NCBI GenBank assembly: GCA_963823665.1
Contig: CAWGMQ010000003.1
Location: 768,001-832,000 of the forward strand
Source of the DNA: an uncultured Planctomycetota bacterium
GTDB taxonomy: Bacteria > Planctomycetota > Planctomycetia > Isosphaerales > Isosphaeraceae
Length of the DNA: 64,000 bases
Direction of reading: 5' to 3'
Within the stretch, counting starts at the first letter, position 1. The number at the start of each line of letters is the position of its first letter. The notes under the pieces are model-generated. The model did not search any database, was not told where the DNA came from, and worked only from the letters and a program-made list of their open reading frames with translations. The position numbers and the translations under genes were made by a program. Shown piece by piece: positions 40,647 through 52,900 of the stretch.

Positions 40647-42143
40647 TCAGGCGATAATCGGGGTGATCACCTTGCCGGCCACGTCCGTCAGGCGAAATCG
40701 TCTGCCGTTGTACTTGAACGTGAGTCGTTCGTGATCGAGACCGAGCAGCCGCAGGATCGTCGCGTGGAGGTCGTTGATGGGCACGCGGTCGACCACGGAA
40801 TGATACCCGATCTCGTCGGTTGCGCCGTAGGAGACGCCCCCCTTCACTCCCCCGCCAGCAAGCCAACAAGTGAACGCGTGCGGATTGTGGTCGCGGCCCG
40901 GTTTCTGGGCCTTCTGGGCAATCGGCAACCTGCCAAACTCGCCGCCCCAGATCACCAGTGTTTCGTCGAGAAGCCCGCGCTGTTCCAGATCCGCCAGCAG
41001 CCCGGCCACGGGCTTTTCAGTCTCGCCAGCGAACTGCTCGTGATTTCCCTTGATATCGATGTGTCCATCCCACGACCGCTCGTTCTCCATTCCGCCCGAA
41101 TAGATCTGGACGAACCGGACGCCGCGCTCGATCAATCGCCGGGCCACCAGGCACTGCCTGGCAACGTGGTCGCACCGCGGGTCATCGAGACCGTACAGCT
41201 TCTGTATGTGAGCAGGCTCGCGATCGATCTCGATCGCCTCCGGCGCCGCGCTTTGCATGCGATAGGCAAGCTCGAAGCTCTCGATCCTCGCAGTCAGCTC
41301 TGATTCGGCGGCAAGCCGCTCGTGATGAAGCTCATTCAAGTTGCGCAAGTAGTCGAGCTGCGCCCGCTGCTCGCCGTCGCTCATCGCCGCGGCCCGTTCG
41401 AGGTTGTCGATCGGCGCCCCCTTGGGGTGCAGATGCGTGCCCTGAAACACTCCCGGCAGAAACGCCGCACCCCAGTTCGCCGCGTGCCCCTTGGGCAGCC
41501 CCCGGCCCCGCGGGTCGCTCATGACCACGAAGCCCGGGAGATCCTGCGACTCGCTCCCCAGTCCGTAAGTCACCCACGAGCCCACGCACGGATAACCCAT
41601 GCGCGGAAAGCCCGTGTTCATCATGAAGAGCGCGGGCGAGTGGTTGTTCGACTCGGTGAACCCGGAGTGGATGAACGCCATCTTGTCGACGTGCTCACCC
41701 AGATTGGGGAAGATCTCCGAGACCATCTTGCCGCATTCGCCCCGCGCGCTGAATTTGAACGGCGACTTCATCAGACCGCCGACCGCGTCCTTGAAGAACC
41801 CCGTGGTGTTCTTGAAGCCCGGGTCAAACTCCTTGATCGATTTGCCGTCCCACTTCGCCAGCCCCGGCTTAAAATCCCAGGTATCAACATGGCTGGGCCC
41901 GCCGTTCACAAAGAACCAGATCACTCGCTTTGCCTTGCCGGGCAAATGCCCGGGCCGTATCGCCATCGGGTTTTGAGAAAGCTTGGCCGCCACGTCGTTC
42001 GGGCCCGCGCCCGAGTCGGCGCGCGCCTGTTCGAGCATTCCCTCCGACTGCAACAAGCTCGCAAGACCCAGCAGCCCGAAGCCGCCCCCAGCCCGCCCGA
42101 GAAGTTGCCGGCGCGTCAACATGAAAAGCTCCGTGGAAAGCAC
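40647..42143 (-). CDS. DUF1501 protein with Tat-like signal
   Basis: TRRQLLGRAGGGFG, AKRVIWFFVNGGPSHVDTWD, WDGH, GGEFGR, GRDHN, HATILRLLG. Confidence 0.93.
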   Translation of the reverse strand: MLSTELFMLTRRQLLGRAGGGFGLLGLASLLQSEGMLEQARADSGAGPNDVAAKLSQNPMAIRPGHLPGKAKRVIWFFVNGGPSHVDTWDFKPGLAKWDGKSIKEFDPGFKNTTGFFKDAVGGLMKSPFKFSARGECGKMVSEIFPNLGEHVDKMAFIHSGFTESNNHSPALFMMNTGFPRMGYPCVGSWVTYGLGSESQDLPGFVVMSDPRGRGLPKGHAANWGAAFLPGVFQGTHLHPKGAPIDNLERAAAMSDGEQRAQLDYLRNLNELHHERLAAESELTARIESFELAYRMQSAAPEAIEIDREPAHIQKLYGLDDPRCDHVARQCLVARRLIERGVRFVQIYSGGMENERSWDGHIDIKGNHEQFAGETEKPVAGLLADLEQRGLLDETLVIWGGEFGRLPIAQKAQKPGRDHNPHAFTCWLAGGGVKGGVSYGATDEIGYHSVVDRVPINDLHATILRLLGLDHERLTFKYNGRRFRLTDVAGKVITPIIA

Positions 42144-42161
42144 CGCAAAAGCACCAGTGTG

Positions 42162-44452
42162 TCAATTAATATAAATGGTTTCGCTCATGCTCAAAAGCGC
42201 CTGACATAGATCGACCAAAGCTCGCCGCCCGGCATCGCTCTTGTTGTCCGCGGCATAGGTCGAGTGCTGGCGCGCCATGAAATCAAGCCCGAGGCGTATC
42301 TCTTGCGGGCTGGGCTCGCGGCCGAAACACAACTTGTACGCGTGCCGCAGCGGGCCGTCCGTGCCCGGCTCGCCGATCACCCGCGCTGCCAGGCCTTCAG
42401 CCGACGTTCGTCCGAGCGGGCTATTCATGAACAGAAGCGCCTGCGGAGCGGTGGTCGTCGACGCCCGCTGTCCGATGCTGACCAGGTGCTCCGGCCAGTC
42501 GAACAGCATCATTGACGGAATGAGCTGGCTCCGCTTGATGAAGAAGTAGACGCTGCGGCGCCGCATGTTCGGATCAAGCGTTCCCGCGCCGAACATCCTC
42601 GAATCGAGCTGCCCGGATAGTGCCAGCAAGTTATCGCGGATCGGCTCGGCCTCCAACCGCCGAGGCGTGTGCCGCCACAAGAGGACATTCTCGCGATCGA
42701 TCTTCGAGCGAGCTTCATCGGATCGGCAATCCTGCACATACACAGCGCTCGTCACGATCAGCCTGTGAACGCGCTTGAGGTTCCAGCCGTGCTGGACCAG
42801 GTCGGCCGCCAGCCATTCGAGCAATTCGGGATGCGAGGGGGCGTCACCCTGCTGGCCGAAATCGCCGGGCGTGGCGACGATTCCGCGACCGAAGTGATGC
42901 TGCCAGAGCCGGTTCACGATCACCCGCGCTGCCAGTGCCCCGGCCCCATCCGCGGTGTCGGTCATCCAGCGTGCCAGCGCGGCACGGCGCATGCTCGTGC
43001 GCGTCCATCCCGAGGGCGGAGTGACGTTCCAGTCTCTATCGGTATGCCCCGTGCGTTCGAGAACATGCAGGTAGCCCGGAACGGCCTCTCGTTGCTTTTG
43101 ATTGGCGTCCCCGCGAGCAAGGACGTACGTCTTGGGATAGAAGTGGGGAAACCCGCGTTCATCGGCGTGGTGTTTGGTGGGTGGAAGCCCCTCGCTCGTC
43201 ACCTGCACTTTCGTCGGCTTTGCGCCCGGTTGCATCACCAGATCGACCTCGTTACGAATGGCCGTCGTGAACACCGAGGCAAGCCGGTAATAATCGTCGG
43301 CGAGGATCGGATCGTATTTGTGGTCATGGCACCGCGCGCAGCCGATCGTCAGCCCGAGCATGGCGGTTCCGGTGGTGGCGACCATATCATCCAGCTCGTT
43401 GTACCGGGCCGATTCGAATTCGGCCTCCGTGAGCTGCGTCGGAAACGCGCCCGCACCCAGATATCCAGTGGCGGCCATTGCCAGCGGATCATCCGGCGCC
43501 AGTTCGTCGCCGGCGAGCTGCCAGCGCAAGAACTGGTCAAACGGCATGTCGTTGTTAAGGGCCTCGATCAGAAAATCACGGTAGTGAAAAGCGTACGGGC
43601 GATCGTAATCTTGCTCGTACCCGTGCGACTCCGCAAACCGCGCAACATCCATCCAGTGCCGCGCCCAGCGTTCGCCGTACTGTGGCGATGAAAGAAGCCG
43701 GTCGACCAGGCGATCGTAAGCGTCAGGCCGGTTGTCGGCCACAAAGGCGTCGACTTCTTCAGGCGTCGGGGGCAGCCCGATCAGATCGAATGAGACCCGG
43801 CGGATGAGCGTTCGACGCTCGGCCGGTGGGTTCGGCGAGATCCCTTTCGACTCGAGCTTTGCCAGGATGAACCGATCGATCGGCGTGCGCAACCACGACG
43901 CAAGTTTTGCCGAGACCGCCGGTGGCGAAGGCGCTCGAGACCGTGGAATGCCCAGTAATTGCGTGCCTCCTCGATTTCCTTGGCAGTTCTTGGAGCGGCG
44001 GTTTTTGCCGCTGTCGTGGAAGCGCTGAGCGGTTTGTCGTACGGGGCTCCCAGATCAATCCATCGCGCGATGTTCTCGATATCCGCATCGGCAAGCTTCG
44101 GCTTCTTCGACGGCATGTGGGGTTCTTCGGCGTGAGTAATCAATTTGTAGAGCTGGCACGCCTTGCCACCCCCCTCGATCACACCGCTGTCGACGAGTGG
44201 TTTGCGGTCCGAGAGATCAAAATCTGCCTTCTTGGCCTTCCCGCCGTGACACTCCAGGCATTGCGAAATCAAAACCGGCCGCACCCGCTCCTTGAAAAGG
44301 GCCAGCCCCTGAGCCATCTTCGCCGCATGATCCGGCGGCACGGACGTGGGTTTTTGCTGCGCCTGCGCGAAGGCGAACGAGGCATAAACCAGGCCAATCA
44401 CAAGAGCAACGACACTCGTTCCGAGGCGGTTCTTCGTCAGGACGGATTTCAC
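42162..44452 (-). CDS. Planctomycete cytochrome c + PSD1 (DUF1549/DUF1553) protein (frameshift ~43940)
   Basis: CLECH, RWIDLGA, YWAF / PIDRFI, YGERWARHW, CARCHDHKYDP, VNRLWQHHFGRG, HPELL, PQAL. Confidence 0.92.
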
Positions 44453-44705
44453 TGGCGAGATTTCCTGATCATCATGTTCGGCAATAACGCGCGGGCGGTT
44501 GATTGCCACATTCGAGCAAACGAGAGCGCGGCACAACACAGAGAGATCGCCGGAGGTTTCCCGGTTTGGTCGAGACAGCTTCCACCTTATCGCGAGAAAG
44601 CTTTCTTCATGGCGGGGTACCCGTGGAGGACTCTATAATAACATAACCACGACCGGGCGTCGTCGGAACGCCAGCGAGGAGGGTCACATCGCGGATAATG
44701 ATCGA

Positions 44706-44948
44706 ATGTCGAGTAACCGCGAAGACCAACTGGTCGAGCCGGATGTTTTGACAGTCGCTTCGAACGCCCCGGTATCGGCTTATGATGAGTCCGACGTGAT
44801 GCTCGACCCGTGGATTGACCTGCCGCGGCCGACTCCGCTGTTGACGGTAGTGGGCGAATTCGGCCCCGTGCCGCTGCCGGATCCTCCCGAGATTCCCGAT
44901 GACGGTGACACTCGACGACGCTCCGCCGAGTTTGTCGAAGTGGGATGA
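44706..44948 (+). CDS. Small acidic Pro-rich hypothetical protein
   Basis: MSSNREDQ...MLDPWIDLPRP...LPDPPEIP; TATAAT at 44634-44639 upstream. Confidence 0.5.
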   Translation: MSSNREDQLVEPDVLTVASNAPVSAYDESDVMLDPWIDLPRPTPLLTVVGEFGPVPLPDPPEIPDDGDTRRRSAEFVEVG

Positions 44949-45015
44949 GACCAACTGGAAATGGGAATAGCCAGCTTCCACGACCTTCGGGTCTAGCCGC
45001 CGGAGTCAACCGAAC

Positions 45016-45630
45016 ATGAATCTCGACGACTTTGATGAGGCTCTTGGCCGATGGGAGGCGAAATATGAGCAATGGGTAAAGCCCATTGATCAATTTCTCC
45101 AGGTCGCTTTCTTTAAGATCAACAAGGACGGATATTCTTTGACTGACTTCGAGCGGGAACACAAGGCGATAGCGGCTCGCCAGCGCAGCAAGTATGATCC
45201 CCAACCTGAAATCGCGGCAATCCTCGATCGGATGTGCTCAGAATACCTCAGTGCGACCCCGCAGGAACGTGAGCAATGCCGGTCGCTCGTTCGCGATCGG
45301 AAAGGCATTCTGGGCGCTCTCATGGGGCATGTGCATTCGGCAACCGAGCGGCTCGGCGCTACGAAGGACATCGATCATCTCCGTCTGGGCTTGGCCGCCG
45401 CCTCGATCGGGAATTGCGCCACGGATTATCGGGACGACCTCGTGGCTCTGGCTGACATCTGGTTGGCGGCGGAACGGGCAGGCTTTGACCCATCGCCACA
45501 CTTTCGGGATGTGGCGAAACTGTCCAGCGACGAAGTGCCTCAAGGAGGAACGACACCGGTTTCCGAGATGATGAACGACTTTCAGGATTACGCCATCTTG
45601 AGTGAGCGTCGAGCCGCAAAACGTGAGTAG
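45016..45630 (+). CDS. Hypothetical all-helical protein
   Basis: 204-aa ORF with GGAG RBS; LRLGLAAASI...DYRDDLVAL...GFDP motif; less GC-rich than its neighbours. Confidence 0.72.
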   Translation: MNLDDFDEALGRWEAKYEQWVKPIDQFLQVAFFKINKDGYSLTDFEREHKAIAARQRSKYDPQPEIAAILDRMCSEYLSATPQEREQCRSLVRDRKGILGALMGHVHSATERLGATKDIDHLRLGLAAASIGNCATDYRDDLVALADIWLAAERAGFDPSPHFRDVAKLSSDEVPQGGTTPVSEMMNDFQDYAILSERRAAKRE

Positions 45631-45736
45631 CCGCCAACAATTTCGGGCACAGTGAGGGACTCATCAATGCAGGTTCGCGCGGCCTTCAGTGGGTAAGGCG
45701 GCCGATCGCTGCTTCTTGCTGTCCCTTGCCTTCGCG

Positions 45737-46789
45737 TCACCACTCCAACCCCAACATCAAACAATTCAGCCCACTCCCAATCCCCAAAAACCCAACCCGG
45801 TCACCACGCTCCAGAAAGTCTCGCCCATCTGCCAGCGCAGCGGTTATCGGCAGCGCCACCGTCCCCGTGTTCCCCAGAAACGGATAGGTCGCGAAATCCT
45901 TTGACTCGGGGATCTCAAGCGCCTTCAGAATCGTCTCCCGATGCGCCGCACCCACCTGGTGGCAGATCACCTTGTCAACCTGCGACGCAGTCCAACTCAT
46001 GCGCTCCAGAAATGCATTCCACGTTTGAACGCCCAGCTCGATACCATTGGTCAACACAGCCGATGCATCCGTCGAAGTAAACTGCTGGAACTGATAACGA
46101 CCCGGCGGGCCTGTCTCCTCGATGCCCCAGCGGCACAGCCCGTGAAACGCCGACGCATTCCGCGTGACACCGCCCAGAAGCCGATGGCCTCTCTCCTGCG
46201 AGAATGAGCCATCCGTGAGCACGAGTGCGACCGCGCCCGAACCACCCGTTAACGTGGCCAGCGATAGCTTGAAAAAATCCATGCTGCGATCGGCCAGCAA
46301 CTGAGCGATCACGATTTCGTTGATCTCTCGCGCTGTCTCGCAGGCAACGACCATCCCCGCGCGGATCTGACCGACCTCGATCCGGTTCGCAATATCCACC
46401 AGGCCGTTCAAAACCCCAAGGCATGCGTTGCTCACATCATAGACCGCGGCTTCCGGACTGACCCCGACGAGCGACGCGACCCGGCACGCCGTCGCCGGCT
46501 CAAAATACTCGCGGCACACGCCGCCGTAGATCAACACCTCGAGCTGCCTCGCCTCGACGCTCGACGCCTCGAGCGCCCGCCGTGCCGCCGCAACCGCACC
46601 GTCTGAGATGCGGTAACCTTCCTCCCACCACCGCCGCTCGTTGATGCCCGTCAAGGCCTCGAGCTGGCCCTCACCCAGATGCAGCGCCGAATAAAGTCCC
46701 TCGAGCCGCCGCTCTAGCTCGAGCGACGACACCACGACCGGAGCAATCTCATAACCAATCGCGTCGATAAATACATTCGTATACTTCAT
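45737..46789 (-). CDS. oleA: OleA-type thiolase-fold condensing enzyme (3-oxoacyl-ACP synthase III family)
   Basis: EPATA (catalytic Glu position), DVSNACLG (Cys), ICHQVG, LGNTG, LGIGSGLNCLML. Confidence 0.9.
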   Translation of the reverse strand: MKYTNVFIDAIGYEIAPVVVSSLELERRLEGLYSALHLGEGQLEALTGINERRWWEEGYRISDGAVAAARRALEASSVEARQLEVLIYGGVCREYFEPATACRVASLVGVSPEAAVYDVSNACLGVLNGLVDIANRIEVGQIRAGMVVACETAREINEIVIAQLLADRSMDFFKLSLATLTGGSGAVALVLTDGSFSQERGHRLLGGVTRNASAFHGLCRWGIEETGPPGRYQFQQFTSTDASAVLTNGIELGVQTWNAFLERMSWTASQVDKVICHQVGAAHRETILKALEIPESKDFATYPFLGNTGTVALPITAALADGRDFLERGDRVGFLGIGSGLNCLMLGLEW

Positions 46790-46840
46790 GGACTCGCTTT
46801 TAACAAGTGAGGCGTTGCGGGACCTACGTGATTCCCGGAA

Positions 46841-46870
46841 CCCCCCCTACCCCCCCTTCGTAAGGGGGGG
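46841..46870. repeat. REP-like C/G hairpin between pfaBC and oleA
   Basis: CCCCCCCTT-CGT-AAGGGGGGG perfect 9-bp stem (46850-46870) preceded by a further C-run. Confidence 0.65.
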
Positions 46871-46927
46871 AGTTTGGGGTGGAATTCTGGCCCGGGTGCC
46901 GACACGTCGATATCGTATGGTGAAAGT

Positions 46928-49900
46928 CTAACCGGGCGAGAGCCCGATTGCGAAGTCGTGCATCTGATAGATGACCTTTCCGTCGACTTCGAGGTGGCCG
47001 TCGGCGAGGAGCCGCTTGAGACCGTCATCGCGCGCCTTGACCACAGCGTGCACCGTCACGCGATGATCCGTTGGCACAATCTGGCCCCGGTAAGTCCAGC
47101 GATGCGTCGCTCCAATCACAGGCGATTCAAATGCAGAGCCCTCGCTCACCCCCCAGCGCGAGGCCGCGATCAATTTCAAGAGCTGCATCATCGACTCAAG
47201 ACCCAGCGAGCCCGGCCAGACGGGGTCGTTCATGAAGTGCGCCGCGAAGAACCACGCCGCGGGATCCACCTCGCTGCTGCCGCGAATCAATCCCAGTCCG
47301 TGCGGCCCGCCGTCCGCGAGCATCTCCTCGACCTGATCAACCATCCGCCATCGTGAATCCGGAAACGGCCGCCGATCCGGAAAAACCGGCGATTCGGCTC
47401 GTGAGCGTTCCGCCTCGGTCATTCGATACAGCGCAGCGTCACGGATGCCCGCCTGGTCCTGCATCGCGCGAGGAGGAAAAAAGCCGAACTCCGCAGACCC
47501 GTCGTAGACCAGTCCCTCGGCTGACGCGATCGAGAAATCATACGATTGCAAGATCATGCCGGCTGCACTCGTAATCTTGGTGGCCTTCACCCGCGTGGTC
47601 AGCGTGCCGCTACGGCGAGTGACACTTCGGTGCAGCCGCGCCGTTCCGCCCAGGTTGCGGAACTGGAGGTCCTCCGGGCTGTTGAGCGCAGAGCCCATAT
47701 ACGCAGCCAGCCAGCCGCAGGGCTGAAGCGCGATTTCCAGTAGAATGGCCAGCGGCACCGCGTCTTGTCGATCGGCTTCGAAGAACCAGGCGTCCGGGTC
47801 AACGTCGTACTCGGCCACCGCGCTCGTGCCGGCTTCCATCATCCAAGGCCGTGCATCCGTGCTCATGATCCGGTGCACACACGCAAACGGAGGGGCCGGC
47901 AATCGAGCGAGAAAACGGCCGTTCTCGAACGGACGATAACGTTCTCCGAACGCTTCGACCGGCCTGCCGAGTGCAAACGCAAGAATCCGGTCGTGATCGA
48001 AGAACGCTGGTGTGCGCGCAACAGCGCGAACATCGACTCTCGCCGAACTACCCCAGAGCGCCTCCAGCTCCTCCCAGCTCGATCCGCTCAGTTGCAGCGA
48101 AATGCCGATCAACTCGACGATCGGCTTGCCTTCGACGACGACAAGCGCATCCGCGATCGCATAAGGCTCGGGACGATATCCTCGTTCCTTGACCGTTACC
48201 TCATAACTGACCTGCTTCGTCGATTCGACCACCTGCCCGCGGCACTTCAGCCGGATGGCCCCTCCTTTGACCGGCTCGTAGACGACACGATCGCGCCGGC
48301 CAACCCATCCCACCCCCATCATCAAAACCCGCAGCGCATCCAGGCAGCTCTGGTACATCAGTGTGCCGGGCATCACACGATCGTCCACGAAGTGGCAGAC
48401 AAGGAACCAATCGTCGGGATGAATGTCGGTCTCGGCACGGATGAACCCCAGTTCAAATGAGCCGCCCGCGGTCTCGAGGCTTGTCACGCGATGCAGAAGC
48501 CCCAGCCGGCCGCCGGCCAGCGGCAACAGATCATCGACGGCAAGGCGATCAAACGGTGGTCCGAACGCGCCGGCAAGATCGCCGCGGCGAAGCGATTCAA
48601 CCGCGTTCGCATCCAGCGCGGTTGTGATCGGTGGAACCAGGTCGGGCGCTTGTTCCTTCGTTCGTCCAGCTCGGGATTCGAAATCAATCGCATGCGGAAT
48701 GATCCCGCGGCCGGCCGCCAGCTCCTCCGCCGTGAAAAAGCCAGCGCAGCCGTCACGCATGGAAAGGAACGGTTCGCCGGCAACCGTCGCGTCGAGCCGG
48801 AACCGGAATAGAATCGTCTGCCCCTGACGGAAGAACTCATCAATGCGGATGTCGTACCGGATGACGTCGCCTTCGCGGGGCAACGCGCGATGAAACGTGA
48901 CGGTCGCATCAAGCAACCGGTAGACCGCCAGGCCCCGTGTCGCTAAATCGACGCCGAGGTATCCGCAGAGCAAGAGATCAGCCTGCCCCGCCTCGATCGC
49001 AATGCTGGGCACAATCCGTCCCGCGTCACAATACCACCCTTGCGGTCGCACGAGGTGCTCGGTGACGATCCGGCCCCCCTGCATCGATCGCGGAACACCC
49101 TCGATCGACAGAACCCGGTCAACGAGCATGAGCGGTTCGTCGGGCAGCCGCACCCGCGTTGGATATCCATCAACGGGCGCATATTCCTGCCCGAGCGCCG
49201 CCGCGATCCGTCCCACGGCAAACTCCAGGCAGGCGGGCCGTTCAAGCACGGGGCGTGGAGAGGAATGGTCCTCAGGCACCGCGCGCAGACGCTCGGCTCC
49301 CGCACAGTGCTCGATCAGCTCGAGCTCGAATGCAACTTGCTTCGCGATGAGCGCCGTCGACTCCGCTGAAACACTCAAGAACGCGCGATGCGCCTCGGCA
49401 GTCGCCCGCTCGGCGTCGAACATCGCCCGCGCGACTCCTGATCGCTCCAGCCGCTCCGGTGCGACGATGAATCGCTCGCCTCGATCAACCGACCGACCAG
49501 TCGCAGCCGCCGATTCGACCTGAGCCGGCATCGCCGGCACATCGAACCCCGAGCCTCGGACCTTGACGCAAACCTTGGAACGACTCGAACGCTCGGGCGG
49601 CGAAGATGACTCTGCGCGCGACTCCTTCCCATAAATCCCTGCCAGGCTCACCGGAACTCCCTCGGCAATCAGCCGGGCCGCGACGTCCATGATCGCCAGA
49701 ATCGGGTCACCCTCGGACCTGCAAGCCGAGCAAGCCAGATGCGGCCGGGAGCACAGAATCTGGCCGATCAACCTCGTGCATGAGCTGCCAGGGCCCGCTT
49801 CCACGAACACCCGAACACCGTCTTCGTAGGCCCGTTCGATGAGCGCGGGGAAATCGATCATGCCGGATGCTTGTGCGGCAATGGCTTCCGCAGCAGAACG

Positions 49901-52900
49901 GCGATCGACGGCATAACGGCGGGCGGAGACTCCGCTATAGAACGCAATTCCTTCCGGCGCCGCCGTCTCGACATCGTGAAGCGCCAGATACTCTCGCTCG
50001 ACCGATTTGCCGATCGAGCAGTGCACCGTGCTGACGGTCGACAATTCAAAGAACGAACAATTGAGTTTTCCTACAACATCTTCGACGGCGCGCCGCGAAC
50101 CGCCGATCACGGTTTCATCCGCCGTGTTCTTGATCAGAATCTCAACGCGCCTCTTGCCACTGATCGCCGCGCGCACGCGCTCGACCGAACACGGAACAAT
50201 GCCGGCGACCCAGTCCACACGCGCGTCAGCGGGTATCCCCCAGACGCGCCGAGCCGCGTTGCACGGGCCAGCCAGCTCGGTCTGAAACAACGGCGACGAC
50301 CGGAGCCGATGCAACATGTCGTCACGCAAGTTCCAGGCGCGCAACGCAAGCAGTGCGGTCGTCTCACCCAAGCTGTAGCCGATCGCGGCCTGCGGCAGCA
50401 CACCCAGAGCACGGAGCACATCCGTGACGAAACAACCGAGGGAAACGCTGCCGAGAATCGGTACGAGGTGGCTGTCAAACGCATGCGGCGCATCATCGGC
50501 CCACCACACCCGCGGGTCGAGCTGATCGCGGAGAAACGCGTTCTCGACGTCCAGCGTACGAAGCACCTCCGGCCACACCAGCGACAGGCCGCGACCCATG
50601 CCCGGAAACTGGTTTCCCAGGCCGGGGTAAACGAAGGCCAGCCGTTTCGGACCGGAAGGAATCGCCCGTCGTAAGTAAATCCGGTTCGATTCGCCCGAGG
50701 CCTGCGGGCGCGTGTGCGATTGGCCGCCGCGGGCGCGTTCGAGAGCCTCATCGAGCAGGCTCCGGAGCGTTTCCACCCCATCGGCAATGACTGCCAATCC
50801 GTGAGCAAGCGTGTTGTCGTCGCGATTGGCTCGCCACCACGCTCGTGCGAGTTGATCGATGCCGCCCGGCCATTCACCGCTCGCGAGAGCCGCCAGCCTC
50901 TTGATCTGCACAAAGAGCGCTGACCGATCCCCAGCTTGAATCGCGAAGAGACCCGGCCGCCGGCCCGCCGGATCGAATCGTCGGACCGCGAGCGAATCCG
51001 CGGCCGGATCGGCGTCAAGTTCCTCGAGAACGACACGCTGGCAGTTTCCGCCGAGGCTCGAGGCAACCACCGCCGCTCGCCGTGCCCCTTCCGAGCGGTT
51101 TCTCATCCAGAATTGTGATCCCTCTGGTAGAAAGACGGAACTCTTGATCGCGCCCGAATTGCCAAGCCAGTCGGGGCAAGCCCTGAGGCCGGGAATGATC
51201 TGTTCGCTCAGGCAAATCGCGGCCTTCGCCACCGCCGCCAGGCCCGACGCCGCTCCGGCTGCCCCGAGATCGCCTTCAATCGAACCCAGCGCGAATGTAT
51301 CTGCCGTCCCCGAACGCGTGCACTTCTTGATCGCCGCGCGGATGCCGCGCTCTTGCCCCGGTGCAAGCGCACCAGCCGACTGCAAATCGACATATCCGCT
51401 CGGCCCTTGCTCGCGAAGCTGTTCACACAGGTCCCAGCCGCCGTCTGTGCTTGTCAACACGGCATAGACACGATCGCCGTGACGGCGGGCATCCTCGAGC
51501 CTCTTCAGCAGGAGCGCCACGGCGCCGTCACACGGCGATCCCGTGCTCTCGCTCATCCAGCCCGATCGAGCCGCGAGCTCTCGCCTGGCCAGGACCGCAC
51601 GCAGATCGCCCGCCAGATCGACTGCACCGACGATCGCCGCATCCAGCTCGCGGCGCCTTAGCCACGACGCCGCGATCGCCAGGGCCTGCATGCCCGATGT
51701 TTCGTCGCAAGACACCGTGAAGCTCGGCCCGCCGATCCGAAGCTCGCGTGCGATCCGGCTGGCGACCATGCCTCCGAGTGAGCCGATCGTCCGGTTGGCC
51801 GAGAGAGCGGGGCCAGCCGCGCTCTTCAGCTCGGCGATCCAGTGTTCCAGCTCATCGCGCGAAAGCCCAAGCGCGAGCCTGTCATTCCATTGCCGCGCCT
51901 GCGCAGCGAGCGACCACCGCAAGTGATAGTTGGTCGTGCTCGAGGTCCAGCCCGATCCCGATCAAAACGCACGTTGAAAGCGCGAGCCGCTCGTCCCATC
52001 GCGCGTCCCCCGCCGCCTCGGCCGCAACCTTCAGCATGAGCGACTGCTGAGGAAGCATCTCGCCGAGCTCCCTGGGCGGAATGCGAAACTGATCGACCGG
52101 GAACTCGAGCTCGTCGATGAACAGGCCGTCGAATCGCCGTTTGCTCGCGGCATGAGCGCGATACCACGGCGTGTCAGGAATTCCCCACCAGCCGGATGGA
52201 GGCGTCGATACGGTCTCTCGATCGCCGCTCAACACGTGCTGCCGGAACTGCGATAATCCGTCGATCGACCCGAACCGCGCACCAATGCCCACGATCGCGA
52301 TGGGTGCGTCGACTGGCGCAGCACGTGTCTTCGCAGTGCGGGGTCGTTCTCGCGAGCTGGTCCATTCTTCAATCAGCACATGCGCATTGATGCCGCCGAA
52401 ACCGAAGCCGCTGACAGCCGCACGGCGCGGCTCCCCTGCCCTACGCTCCGGCCACGGCTCTGCCCGGGAGAGCACGCGAAACGGGCTTTCTTCCAGGCCG
52501 AGCTTGGGCGCGGGGCTCTCGAAGTTTGCCGTGGGCGGCAATACCCGGTGCTCCAGAGCCAGCAAGACCTTGAGCAATCCAGCCGCACCGGCAGCCGTCG
52601 AGCGCATGCCCGATGTTGGATTTGACCGAGCCAATCGCACACTGGCCCGCGCGCCGGGGCCCTCCCCCCAGAGCGCTCTGAGGCTCTCGACTTCCACCGC
52701 ATCGCCGACTGCTGCGCCGGTGGCGTGGCATTCGACCAGATCAACTTCGCGAGGGCTCCAGCCCGCCTTCTCATAGGCTTGCCGCATCGCGCGAAGCTGG
52801 CCTTCGCTGCTCGGTGCCAGCAAGTCGCCCCGGCAGTCGTTCGAGAGCCCGGCAGCCACGACAAGAGCGTAGATCCGGTCGCCGTGATCGAGAGCATCCG

